Assembly (NCBI GenBank): GCA_046597055.1
Contig: JBKJLC010000101.1
Coordinates: 1-64,000, forward strand
Length of the DNA stretch: 64,000 nt
Origin: Kofleriaceae bacterium
Lineage (GTDB): Bacteria > Myxococcota_A > Polyangia > Haliangiales > Haliangiaceae
Direction: 5' to 3'
A program made the position numbers and the translations under genes. How positions within the stretch are numbered: the stretch's first letter is position 1; each line of letters starts with the position of its first letter. Below the pieces are notes generated by a model. That model was not told the DNA's origin. It did not search any database and worked only from the letters and a program-made list of their open reading frames with translations. Shown here in pieces: positions 9,888-19,246 of this stretch.

Positions 9888-10751
9888 ATGCCGATCACAC
9901 CTCGCCTCGCGCCGGGCCGCGCCCTCTCGCTCGCACTGTTCGTCCCGCTGGCGTTCTTCGCCGCCCGCGCCGACGCCGATCCCACCCGCACGCCGGTCCG
10001 CCGGGTGCCCACCCCGGCTCCGGCCCCCGGCCCAAGCGCCGCTCCCGCCCCCGCCGTGACCGCCGACGACTGGCTGCGCATCGGCCTCGAGCGCTACGAG
10101 CGCGGCAACTTCGTCGGCGCCATCGAGGCCTTCGAGCGCGGCCAGGCCCTGTCGCCGCGCCCGGCCCTGGTGTTCGCGATCGCCCAGGCCCACCGCCGCC
10201 GCGGCGACTGCACCCGCGCCCGCGCCTACTTCGACGCCTTTCTCGCCACCGCGAGCACCCCGCAGCAGATCGCCGCCGCGCGCGATCAGCGCGACCGCTG
10301 CGTCGACGCACCGGCGCCGCCGCCAGCGCCGGCCCAGGCCGCGCCCGGCCCCGCGATCATGCGCGCCCCATCGCCACGGTCGTCCGCGCCGACCGTCTGG
10401 CGCGACCCGATTGGCCTCGCCGCTGGCGGCACTGGCCTCGCCCTGCTCGGCACCACCGTCGCGCTCTTCGTCAGCGCGGGCAGCGCGGCGGACGACGCCG
10501 CGGTCGCGCCCGATCACGAGCGCCACCGCGTCCTGCGCGAGCGCGCCGAGACCCGCCAGCTGCTCGGCACGATCACGCTGGCCGCGGGCGTCACCGCCGG
10601 CGCGGTCACCGCCTGGCGGATCTGGCGCCTCCGCGATCACGGGCCCCGCGAGTCGCGCGAACCGGCGCTGTCGTTCGCGCCGATCATGACGCTGCCGAGC
10701 GCGCGCGAGCCGGCGGCCGCCGTCGGCATCGCCGCCCGAGGGAGCTTCTGA
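9888..10751 (+). CDS. secreted/membrane TPR protein
   Basis: Signal peptide, TPR-like helices (G...YERGNF..AI.AFE...FAIAQAHR..G.C..A..YF..FL), C-terminal hydrophobic segments ending GSF. Confidence 0.8.
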   Translation: MPITPRLAPGRALSLALFVPLAFFAARADADPTRTPVRRVPTPAPAPGPSAAPAPAVTADDWLRIGLERYERGNFVGAIEAFERGQALSPRPALVFAIAQAHRRRGDCTRARAYFDAFLATASTPQQIAAARDQRDRCVDAPAPPPAPAQAAPGPAIMRAPSPRSSAPTVWRDPIGLAAGGTGLALLGTTVALFVSAGSAADDAAVAPDHERHRVLRERAETRQLLGTITLAAGVTAGAVTAWRIWRLRDHGPRESREPALSFAPIMTLPSAREPAAAVGIAARGSF

Positions 10752-12037
10752 TGCCCACCCGCGCCACCGTCACGGTCGCCGTCGCGCTCGCCGCGGCCCT
10801 GCTCGCCGCCGGCTGCGTCGAGGTCCCCGCATTTCATTGTGAGACTGACCTCCAGTGCGGCGCCGGCGGTCGCTGTGAGGCGGCCGGCGCCTGCAGCTTC
10901 GCCGATGACGGCTGCCATTCCCGCCGCCGCTTCGGCAGCGAGAGCGACGCCGCGCTGGCGCGCGCGTGCGTCGGCGACGAGGCGGCGACCGTCGCGCAGC
11001 TCGCCGCCGGCAGCGATCACTCCTGCGCGCGCGGCACCGACGGTCAGGTGTGGTGCTGGGGCGAGAACGTCGCCGGCGGGCTCGGCCGCGACGACGTCCT
11101 GCGCACCGGCGCGCCCGCGCCGGTCGCGGGCGTCATCGGCGTCACCGACCTCGACGGCGGCGAGCAGACCACCTGCGCGGTCGCCGGCGGCGCCATCACC
11201 TGCTGGGGCGAGGGCTCGAGCGGCGAGCTCGGCGACGGCAACATGTCCGACCGTCCGCGCCCCGGCACCGCCGCCGATCTCGCCGGGATCGTCGAGGTCG
11301 ACCTGGGCGAGCACCACGCCTGCGCGCGCGACGACGCCGGCGCGGTCTGGTGCTGGGGCTCGAACGCCGAGCGCGAGGCCGGCGGCCCCGGCCCGCCGAC
11401 GGTCACCCGCCCACGCCGGGTCAACGAGCTGCCCGCCGCGACCGCGATCGCCGCTGGCGGCCAGAACGCGTGCGCGATCGCCGGCGCCGAGACCTGGTGC
11501 TGGGGCAAGAACGGCAACGGCCAGCTCGGCCTCGGCACCACCAACCAGCCGGGGCGCCCCCAGGTGAGCCCCGGCTTCGCCAGCGCGGTCTCGATCGCGG
11601 TCGGCGGCGAGCACGTGTGCATCGCCGGCACCGACGGACTCGTCCGGTGCTCCGGACAGAACATCTACGGCCAGCTCGGCGACAACGCCGGCACCAATCG
11701 ATCGACCCCGGTGATCGCCGTCGGCGTGACCGACGTGATCGAGGTGATCGCGCTCGACTGGTCGACCTGTGCCCGCGACCGCGCCGGCACCGTCACCTGC
11801 TGGGGCCTGGGCGACCAGGGCCAGCTCGGCGCCGGCGTCGACAACCGGCTTCAGCCGGGCCCGCCGGTCGCCCTGCCGCGGCCGGCCATCGCCCTCGCCG
11901 GGGGTGAGAACCACGCCTGTGCCCTCACCGACGACGGCTGCGCCTGGTGCTGGGGGGCCAACCAGCGCGGCCAGCTCGGCAACGGCCGCGACGACGGCGG
12001 CGAGGCCCTGCGACCGGTCTTGCTCAGCTGCTGGTGA
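10751..12037 (+). CDS. RCC1-repeat lipoprotein with Cys-rich N-terminal module
   Basis: Lipobox AAGC; repeated (H)xCA...G.VWCWG.N..GQLG motifs. Confidence 0.9.
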   Translation: MPTRATVTVAVALAAALLAAGCVEVPAFHCETDLQCGAGGRCEAAGACSFADDGCHSRRRFGSESDAALARACVGDEAATVAQLAAGSDHSCARGTDGQVWCWGENVAGGLGRDDVLRTGAPAPVAGVIGVTDLDGGEQTTCAVAGGAITCWGEGSSGELGDGNMSDRPRPGTAADLAGIVEVDLGEHHACARDDAGAVWCWGSNAEREAGGPGPPTVTRPRRVNELPAATAIAAGGQNACAIAGAETWCWGKNGNGQLGLGTTNQPGRPQVSPGFASAVSIAVGGEHVCIAGTDGLVRCSGQNIYGQLGDNAGTNRSTPVIAVGVTDVIEVIALDWSTCARDRAGTVTCWGLGDQGQLGAGVDNRLQPGPPVALPRPAIALAGGENHACALTDDGCAWCWGANQRGQLGNGRDDGGEALRPVLLSCW

Positions 12038-12594
12038 ACGGGCACGATCACCCCGTGCACCCGCTCCACGACATCGTCATCCCCCCCCGTATCGAGGAGT
12101 TCGTTCCAGCGGTGATCGAGATCCCCATGGGATCCAAGCTCAAGTACGAGATCGACAAGGTGACGGGCCTCCTGATGCTCGACCGCGTCCTGTACTCGTC
12201 GGTGCACTACCCGGCCAACTACGGCTTCATCCCGCAGTCGCACGCCGACGACGGCGACCCGCTCGACGTCATGGTCCTCATGCAGGAGCCGGTGGTCCCG
12301 CTCACGATCGTCCGCGCCCGCGCCATCGGCGGCCTGCGCATGCGCGACGACAAGGGCGAAGACGACAAGATCATCGCGGTCGCCATCGACGACCCCGCCT
12401 TCAGCCACTACACCGAGATCAAGCAGCTCCCGCCGCACCTGATGATCGAGCTCGATCGCTTCTTCCGCGACTACAAGATCCTCGAGGGCAAGGAGTCCGT
12501 CGTCGATCGCCCCTACGACCGCGCCGCCGCCCTCTCGGTCATGCGCGGCGCGCTCGACAACTACCGCTCCAAGTCGGCCTGGGCCAAGCCCTAG
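12034..12594 (+). CDS. ppa: inorganic pyrophosphatase (family I); alternative start GTG 12055
   Basis: IEIP.GS..KYE.DK, DRVLY, YP.NYGFIP, DGDPLD, D.KIIAV, FF..YK.LEGK. Confidence 0.95.
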   Translation: MNGHDHPVHPLHDIVIPPRIEEFVPAVIEIPMGSKLKYEIDKVTGLLMLDRVLYSSVHYPANYGFIPQSHADDGDPLDVMVLMQEPVVPLTIVRARAIGGLRMRDDKGEDDKIIAVAIDDPAFSHYTEIKQLPPHLMIELDRFFRDYKILEGKESVVDRPYDRAAALSVMRGALDNYRSKSAWAKP

Positions 12595-12626
12595 CGCCCA
12601 GCGGGCGTAGTAGACTCCGCCCGCCC

Positions 12627-13721
12627 ATGCGCCAGCTCCGCTTCGTCCCTGCCACGCTCGCCCTGGCCCTGCTCACGGCTGCCTGCGATCTCGAGCCCAG
12701 GGTCACCACCGACGCCGCCCGCACCACCTGGGCCGCGAGCCAGCCGCGGGCCAAGGACCGCATCGCCGCGCTGCGCGATCGCCATCGCGTGCTCGCCGGC
12801 CGGATCGGCGAGCTCCGGGTGACCGAGGGCACCGAGGATGCCCCGCTGACCCGGTCCATCGCCGCGCTGCAGGGGCAGGTCTCGACGATCGAGGCCCAGC
12901 TCGGTACCGCCGAGGCCGCGTTCGCGCAGGTCAGCGCCGAGGTCGAGAGCGCCCTCGGCAAGCAGAACAAGGTCGAGGCGCGCCGGGTCGTCGAGCTCAG
13001 CCTGGCGAGCATCGAGCCCTCGATCGCCGCCGCCGACGACGCGCTCGATGCGCTCGAGCCCCAGGTCGCCGGCACCGAGAGTGCGATGCAGCGCGGCGCC
13101 GCCGCGATCGAGGCCGAGAAGCAGCGGCTGCGCCGGATCGCCTACGAGGGCGGCCGCGTCGACCTCACCGATCTCGAGTTCAAGGCCGACGGTAGCGAGC
13201 TGATGGCAACCGGTCCCGCCGGCAGCGCCGCGCGCGATCGCCTGGTCGCGTTCGCCACCGCGTGCGAGGGCCTGCGCTTCACGATCGCCGGCCACAGCTC
13301 GCGCGCCGGCGAGCCGGCCCGCCAGCAGGCGCGGTCGCTGGCCCGCGCCGAGGCGGTCAAGCGCTTCCTGGTCGCGACCGGCGTCGCCGCCGACAAGATC
13401 GAGAAGACCGACGGCCTGGGCGGCACCCGGCCGGTGGTCGAGGAGCCCGCGCCCGGCTCGGCTGCGGCCGGTCAGCTCGCCCCCGAGGAGCTCGCGTCGC
13501 GCCAGCGCCGCAACGAGCGCATCGAGATCGTCGTGACCCGGCCGTGCACCGCGGACGCCGCTGCGGCGGCCCCGGCAACTCGTCCGGATTCCGGACAGCC
13601 GGCGCCGATCGCGGTCGAGCGTCCCGCACCGGGCACCGACCGGCCCGTCCGCACCGGCGGCGAGCGACGGCAGCCCGGCACCACCGCGCCCGTCCCCGCC
13701 CCCACCCGCGCCCCGCGCTGA
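12627..13721 (+). CDS. lipoprotein with coiled-coil region and OmpA-like C-terminal domain
   Basis: Lipobox TAAC; IAGHS...S..RAEAVK.FLV..GV...I...G.G...P...RNERIEI. Confidence 0.8.
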   Translation: MRQLRFVPATLALALLTAACDLEPRVTTDAARTTWAASQPRAKDRIAALRDRHRVLAGRIGELRVTEGTEDAPLTRSIAALQGQVSTIEAQLGTAEAAFAQVSAEVESALGKQNKVEARRVVELSLASIEPSIAAADDALDALEPQVAGTESAMQRGAAAIEAEKQRLRRIAYEGGRVDLTDLEFKADGSELMATGPAGSAARDRLVAFATACEGLRFTIAGHSSRAGEPARQQARSLARAEAVKRFLVATGVAADKIEKTDGLGGTRPVVEEPAPGSAAAGQLAPEELASRQRRNERIEIVVTRPCTADAAAAAPATRPDSGQPAPIAVERPAPGTDRPVRTGGERRQPGTTAPVPAPTRAPR

Positions 13722-13926
13722 CCCGCCAGCTCCGGGCGCGCGACGTCAACGGCGCAAATCCAGCGCCGGCACCGGCGGGCAGACGTCAGTGCTCGTGCGA
13801 TGCCGCGCCGCGCCGCGCCGGCCGCGCCAGCTCTCGCTGCAAAGTTGCCGTGTGGATGTACGCGCCTGAGGCGCCACGCGAGGAACACCTCGGATCCCCC
13901 GACGGTTGTGCGTAAGCTTGACCGAC

Positions 13927-14322
13927 ATGCTCAACGTGCTGGTCGTCGATGATGACGAAGAGTTCCGCGACTCGATCGCCGACGCGCTCGCGGGGTCTGC
14001 GCGCGTCGCCTGCGTCGCGACACCGGTCGAGGCTTTGTGGGCGCTCGAGCGAACGCGCATCGACGTGTTGATCTGCGACCTGATGCTGGCGACCACCGCG
14101 ACCGGCGCCGACGTGCTGGAGCTCGTGCGCGCGCAGCGACCGCAGGTCGCCCGCATCCTCATCACTGGCTTCGGCGATCACCTGCGCGCGATCGGCCCGC
14201 TGGCCGCCCACGTCGTGCTGCACAAGCCGTGCGATCTGGTCGCGCTGCGCGACCTGATCAGCCGGCTGCCCGTGCTCGCCACGCTGCCCGAGCCCGCCGC
14301 CGGCGCTGCCCAGCCCGCCTGA
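13927..14322 (+). CDS. stand-alone response regulator receiver
   Basis: VLVVDDD, DVLICDLM, ILITG, KP motifs. Confidence 0.88.
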   Translation: MLNVLVVDDDEEFRDSIADALAGSARVACVATPVEALWALERTRIDVLICDLMLATTATGADVLELVRAQRPQVARILITGFGDHLRAIGPLAAHVVLHKPCDLVALRDLISRLPVLATLPEPAAGAAQPA

Positions 14323-14493
14323 CCGACCGGCGCCCGCGCTCCAGCACCGCGGCCCGCGACCCTCGGCCGATGAGCTTGCCCCAGAGCGGCCCCGGCCGCG
14401 TCGCCGCCGCGCGTACGAGGATCCGCCCCGGTCGAGGCTCACACCGCCCTCATCGCTACCACTCTCCCGACCATTCGATCTCGCGCCTCCCGC

Positions 14494-14522
14494 TTGACAC
14501 GCCCGCCCTGGTTGGGTACACA
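14494..14522 (+). promoter_or_regulatory. sigma70-type promoter of tRNA-Leu
   Basis: TTGACA (14494-14499), 17 nt, TACACA. Confidence 0.55.
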
Positions 14523-14550
14523 CGGCTCCCCTCGTTTCTTGAAACATCCT

Positions 14551-14632
14551 GCGCGGATGGCGGAATTGGTAGACGCGCTAGTTTGAGGGGCTAGTACTTA
14601 ACCGTGTGGGGGTTCGAGTCCCCCTCCGCGCA
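14551..14632 (+). tRNA. tRNA-Leu(GAG), CCA not encoded
   Basis: Acceptor stem GCGCGGA/TCCGCGC, D-loop GGTAGAC, anticodon arm CTAGT-TTGAGGG-GCTAG, long variable arm, T-arm GGGGG-TTCGAGT-CCCCC. Confidence 0.95.
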
Positions 14633-14649
14633 CAAGAGTTACCGGTGGG

Positions 14650-15170
14650 TCAGGTCGGGCGGGCGCTACACGTTTGAGCCCAAACGTGTAACGAGTAACC
14701 GGAGCCATTACACGCGCTCCGATTTGTCGCCGCCGGTTTCTCCGCGGCGACCGATCCCGCCCCTCGATCACCCGGAACACCGGTGGGCCGGCTGGTCGCC
14801 CGTTCAGGAGCTACCTCCGGCACGGCGACCGGCTCCGGGTGGTCGTCCGCGTCCACCTCGTCGTCCCGCTCCGGCGTCTGCTCCAACATCAAGCCGACCC
14901 GGCGCTGCGCCGCACGCTCCACGGTGCCTTCCTTCACGTAGTGGCGCTGGGTGGTCATGGCGAAGCTCGTGTGACCGAGCGCCGCCGCCACCACCCGTCC
15001 GGTCGAGCCCCACTCCATCGCGAGCGTGGCGCGAAGTCCGCGCAGGCTGTGTGCCGTGATCGCCGGTACCCCGGCTTCCCGACACATCCGGCGCACGTGA
15101 TAGAGCAGCCAGTGCCGTTCCTTGAGGGTGAACAGGCGATCGGTCGGCGCCTTCCCCCGTAAGCCACCGC
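14650..15170 (-). pseudogene. C-terminal remnant of tyrosine recombinase/integrase
   Basis: AHSLRG (HxxR), LGHTS, RHY catalytic Tyr; N-terminal part replaced by unrelated sequence; abuts the tRNA 3' end. Confidence 0.8.
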
Positions 15171-15242
15171 CTAAGGGTCTTCCGCACCGGCGAGTACGAC
15201 GGTGCCGGCAACGGCGCCGAGAGTCCCGACGACGCGCTTGAC

Positions 15243-15430
15243 ATGTCGTCGGCGGACGGCACGCGATCGCTCCTCGACATCCAGCACATCTCGGCATCCC
15301 CGGGTGATCTCGGCTGCGCGGCAGCGCTGAGCGAGGACGAGCTGCAGCGGTACTTCGGTACGTTGACGCCGACGGTCGCGCAGGTCGAGCTCGCCGACGC
15401 GCTCTGGAACGCCATCGAGCGATGGCTCGG
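15243..15430 (+). pseudogene. fragment of hypothetical protein
   Basis: Short stretch with coding-like codon bias (RSLLDIQHIS...ELQRYFGT.TPT) that degenerates into non-coding-like sequence. Confidence 0.35.
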
Positions 15431-15489
15431 CGCAGTACGTCGGGCTCGACGAGGGAGGGCGGCCGGCGAAGCTGTTTTTTGCCGGCTAC

Positions 15490-15893
15490 TCGCTCGCTTG
15501 AGTCGCCGGCGAGCGCTTCGTAGAGCGTCGCGCAGAATGACCACTGGTCGGAGCGGGCGTCGGCCACGCGTGGGCGGCGGCCAGGCCGCGGCCGGCCTCG
15601 ATCATGCGCTTGGGGATCTCCTCGGTGCCGCGCGGCGCGCGCTGCAGCCACGCGCTCAGGCTGCCGCCCTCGACCAGCTCCATCGCGACGAACAGCGGGC
15701 CGCCGTGCGCGCCGACGTCGAACACGGTCACGACGTTGGGGTGCGAGAGGTGCGCCCGCGCCTGGGCCTCGCGCATGAGGCGGGCGCGGCCGCCGCTGCC
15801 GGCGTCGCCCTCCGCGGCCACCGTCGCGCGGGCCGCCATCGACAGCGCATCGGCGACGAAGGCCGCCATCGTGTCGGCATCCGGACCAGTCAT
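15490..15893 (-). pseudogene. internally deleted Ser/Thr kinase remnant
   Basis: REAQARAHLSHPNVVTVFDVG...VAMELVEG...GLAAAHA, then a frame jump to ADARSDQWSFCATLYEAL; HRD/DFG/APE segment missing. Confidence 0.8.
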
Positions 15894-16241
15894 GGGCGGC
15901 CGGGGCGGCAGTTCAGCTGCAAGGGCGTGATGTGGATGTAGCGGAGGCCGTCCCGGTCTTGCTCTCGACCAGGCTCGACATGCAGGTCAGCGAGCTGTCG
16001 GCCGTGCGACCGTCGGCGTCGGCGTCGGGTGCTCAACCCGGTGGACTCGAGGGCGTCGCGGGTCTGCGGGAAGTTGTGGGCGATCACGACGCGGTTGCCG
16101 TGCGCGACGCGCCTTCGCAGCATAGGTCTCGTCAGCGGCCCCGCACCACGCCCGCATTGCGCGATCGGGCAAAGTTCTCGAGTTCTGACCAATGCCGACT
16201 CCTGCCACCGCGTGCCGCCGGGCTCGTGCTGTATTGCCGCG

Positions 16242-16784
16242 ATGAACCTACGTTTCGCTGTTCTTTCGCTCTCGTTCGCGACCCTCGCCGCCTGCGGCGG
16301 TGACCCTGGCTCCGGCGCGATCTCGGCCGCCGATGCCGAGGACGGATGCCGCCGCAACTGCGAGCACAGCCAGGAATGCAACCCTGATCCCCAGACGACC
16401 GTCCAGGCCTGCACCGCCGAGTGCGTGGCCGACGTCAGCGGCTGGGTCCGCGCCGATGCCTTCGAGGCCATCACCGACTGCGCCACGGGTTTGGCGTGTA
16501 ACGCCAGCGAGGACGTCTGTCTCACCGAGTGCGTCCCCACTGACGCCCACGATGCGTACGAAGCCCGCTGCCGCGCCGTCTTCGCCGCCTGTCTCGATCC
16601 GGGCGAGCTCAACGGCATCTGCGAGACCACGCCCGTGCCGGGCGGCGACGACGCCGGGTTCTTCTGCCTGATCACGCCCAGCATCGTCGACCAGATGACG
16701 GCGTGCCTGCCCGAGGCCGCGGTGTGCGGCACCGCGATCGAGTGCATCCAGCGTGTGCTCGAGACCAACGGCATCGACGACTGA
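16242..16784 (+). CDS. Cys-rich lipoprotein
   Basis: MNLRFAVLSLSFATLAACGG; many CxxxC pairs. Confidence 0.85.
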   Translation: MNLRFAVLSLSFATLAACGGDPGSGAISAADAEDGCRRNCEHSQECNPDPQTTVQACTAECVADVSGWVRADAFEAITDCATGLACNASEDVCLTECVPTDAHDAYEARCRAVFAACLDPGELNGICETTPVPGGDDAGFFCLITPSIVDQMTACLPEAAVCGTAIECIQRVLETNGIDD

Positions 16785-16794
16785 ACCTCGACCC

Positions 16795-17079
16795 TCAGCT
16801 GCCAGCGGGCGGGGCAGCCACGGTCCGCCGTGACCGACGTGCGAGTCGCGCCTGCTGGACAGGTTCGAGGGGATCGACCGGGACCCAGGGCGCAGGGAGC
16901 TCGTCCGGGTCGTCCGGGTCGCGACAGCGGACCGCGAGCAGCGAACCGGTCGTGAGGCCGTCGTGCTTCGCGAGCTGCTTGGCCGAGGTCGCACCGAGCC
17001 ACTTGGCGCCGTCGCAGGTCACCGACCACGACAGGGTCTCGCCGACCGCGAGCTCCGCCGGCAAGGTCACGCCGCTCAC
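16795..17079 (-). pseudogene. possible gene fragment, hypothetical
   Basis: Short ORF with coding-like codon bias and no clear start context. Confidence 0.3.
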
Positions 17080-17263
17080 CCGTGAAGCCGCCCCGGCTGA
17101 ACCCGAGGTCGGCGATGTTCAGAGGAGGCCCCTCCGTTCAGTTCCGGGTGGCGCCGCGATCCGGAGCGGCCAGGCATTCCGCGCGGTGCGCGCCCCCGCC
17201 CAGCCCGCGCGGAGACACGGTCACCCGGGCGGCCCGGCCTGAGGTATCCTCGAGCCAGGGGCC

Positions 17264-19246
17264 ATGATCGAACCGCTCGCCATGCTGGGGCGGACGCCGA
17301 TGTTCGCGATGCTCGCCGAGGAGCATCGCGAGCAGATCGCCGGCCATCTCGAACCCTTCCAGGTCGCGGCCGACGTCGACCTCGCGCAGCAGGGCGAGGT
17401 CGCGGGCGCGCTTCACATCATCGCCACCGGCTCGGTCGGCACCTTTGTCCGCGATGCGCGCTGCGGGTTCCTGCAGCTCGTCGGCGTGCGCCATCCCGGC
17501 GAGGTCTTCGACGAGGGCGCCATCTTCCGGAGTGCCCCCTACGCGGAGACCTTCACCGCGCTCGAGGCCACGACCGGATACCAGCTCGCCGCCGAGATCC
17601 TGATCGCGGTCGCCGGCCAGGTGCCGGAGGTCGCGATCGCGGCCGCGGCGGTGCTCGGCGAGCGCCTCGAGCAGCGCGGCGCCGACGGCCAGATCCCGTG
17701 GGTGAGCCTGGTCGGGCGCAGCTTCGACCTGCGGCTGTGGGCGATCCTGCCCGACGCGCTCCTGCGCGACGCCGGCATCGTCCCGCTCGAGGCGACCCAG
17801 CGCACGCTGACCCTGGGCATGGTCGATCCGCAGAACTCGGTCGCGCTGGGCAAGGTCGCGCGCGCGCTCCCGGGGATGCGGCTCCGGATCGTCGCGGTCG
17901 AGCGCGGCGACTTCCAGCGCTTCGTCGACTCCGGGCTCTCGAGCTCGCGCAAGAAGGACGACAAGGCGGTCACGCCCAGGCCGCGGATCGAGCCGTCGCA
18001 GGTGGTCTACATCGATGACGACGACGCGCAGAAGACCCGCGGCGCCGTGCAGCAGTCGGCCGCGCTCGGGCCGGTCGTGGTCGGTCACGTCAGCGAGATC
18101 ATCAGCGCGGCGCTCGCCGAGGGTGCCTCCGACATCCACATCGAGCCCGATCGGCGCGGCGTCGGGGTCAGGTTCCGGATCGATGGCGCGCTCCGCCAGC
18201 GCCCGAACTATCTGCCCAGCGAGATGGCGCGCCCGCTGGCGAGCCGGCTCAAGCTGCTGGCCCGGCTCGACATCACCGAGACCCGGCGGCCGCAGGAGGG
18301 CCGGATCAGCGTGAAGGTCGGCACGCGCCTGATCGATCTGCGGCTGTCGGCGCTCCCGGCCAAGCTCGGCGAGAAGATCGTGCTCCGGGTGCTCGAGGGC
18401 GACGCCAGCATCGTCGACCTCAAGGCGCTGTTCCAGGTCGACGCGGTTCGCCAGCTGTTCAGCCGCCTGGTCGCGCGGCCGCACGGCCTGGTGATGGTGA
18501 CCGGGCCCACCGGATCCGGCAAGACCACCACGCTCTACAGCGCGCTCAACGCCCGGCGCGCCCCGGAGCTCAACGTGGTCACCGTCGAGGACCCCATCGA
18601 GTATCACCTCGACGGCATCACCCAGATCCAGGTGGCACCCGAGATCGGCCTGACCTTCGCGGTGGTGCTGCGCTCGCTGCTCCGCCAGGATCCCGACGTG
18701 GTGCTGGTCGGTGAGACCCGCGACGCCGAGACCGCGCACATGGCGACCGAGGCGGCGATGACCGGCCACCTGGTCCTCACGTCGGCGCACAGCAACGGCG
18801 CGATCGAAGCGGTCCAGCGGCTGCTCGATCTGGGCATGGATCGCGTGACCGTGGCGAGCTCGCTGCTCGGCGTGCTCCACCAGCACCTGGTACGCCGCAT
18901 CTGCATCGGCTGCGCCGAGCCGTTCGACTATGCGGGGCCGGTCATGGCGATGCTGACCGCGGTCGGCGCGGTCGCACCGGGCGAGCCGATCACCTTCAAG
19001 CGTGGCAAGGGCTGCGAGCGCTGCGCGGGCAGCGGGTTCAAGGGCCGCGTCGGCGTCTACGAGCTGCTCCTGCTGACCGAGCCGCTGCGCGATGCGCTGA
19101 TCGCGGGCGCCGACCGCGGCAAGCTCCACGCCATCGCCAGGAGCGGCGCGCTGTACAGCCTCGCGCGCTATGCTGGCCAGCTCCTGCAGCTGGGCGTCAC
19201 GGTCCCGAGCGAGGTGCTGCACCTGGTCCAGCGGGGCGATTCATGA
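17264..19246 (+). CDS. GspE/PilB family secretion ATPase with N-terminal cyclic-nucleotide-binding-like domain
   Basis: ASDIHIEP, RFRIDG, RRPQEG, GPTGSGKTT, TVEDPIE, LRQDPDVVLVGETRD, TGHLV..SAH, CxxC..CxxC, GFKGR; N-terminal CAP-like domain. Confidence 0.92.
   Translation: MIEPLAMLGRTPMFAMLAEEHREQIAGHLEPFQVAADVDLAQQGEVAGALHIIATGSVGTFVRDARCGFLQLVGVRHPGEVFDEGAIFRSAPYAETFTALEATTGYQLAAEILIAVAGQVPEVAIAAAAVLGERLEQRGADGQIPWVSLVGRSFDLRLWAILPDALLRDAGIVPLEATQRTLTLGMVDPQNSVALGKVARALPGMRLRIVAVERGDFQRFVDSGLSSSRKKDDKAVTPRPRIEPSQVVYIDDDDAQKTRGAVQQSAALGPVVVGHVSEIISAALAEGASDIHIEPDRRGVGVRFRIDGALRQRPNYLPSEMARPLASRLKLLARLDITETRRPQEGRISVKVGTRLIDLRLSALPAKLGEKIVLRVLEGDASIVDLKALFQVDAVRQLFSRLVARPHGLVMVTGPTGSGKTTTLYSALNARRAPELNVVTVEDPIEYHLDGITQIQVAPEIGLTFAVVLRSLLRQDPDVVLVGETRDAETAHMATEAAMTGHLVLTSAHSNGAIEAVQRLLDLGMDRVTVASSLLGVLHQHLVRRICIGCAEPFDYAGPVMAMLTAVGAVAPGEPITFKRGKGCERCAGSGFKGRVGVYELLLLTEPLRDALIAGADRGKLHAIARSGALYSLARYAGQLLQLGVTVPSEVLHLVQRGDS

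Noticed and set aside
8000..10081. Minus-strand ORF with a GSGSGS tract
   Set aside because: Antisense reading of the kinase and its GCCGCT repeat
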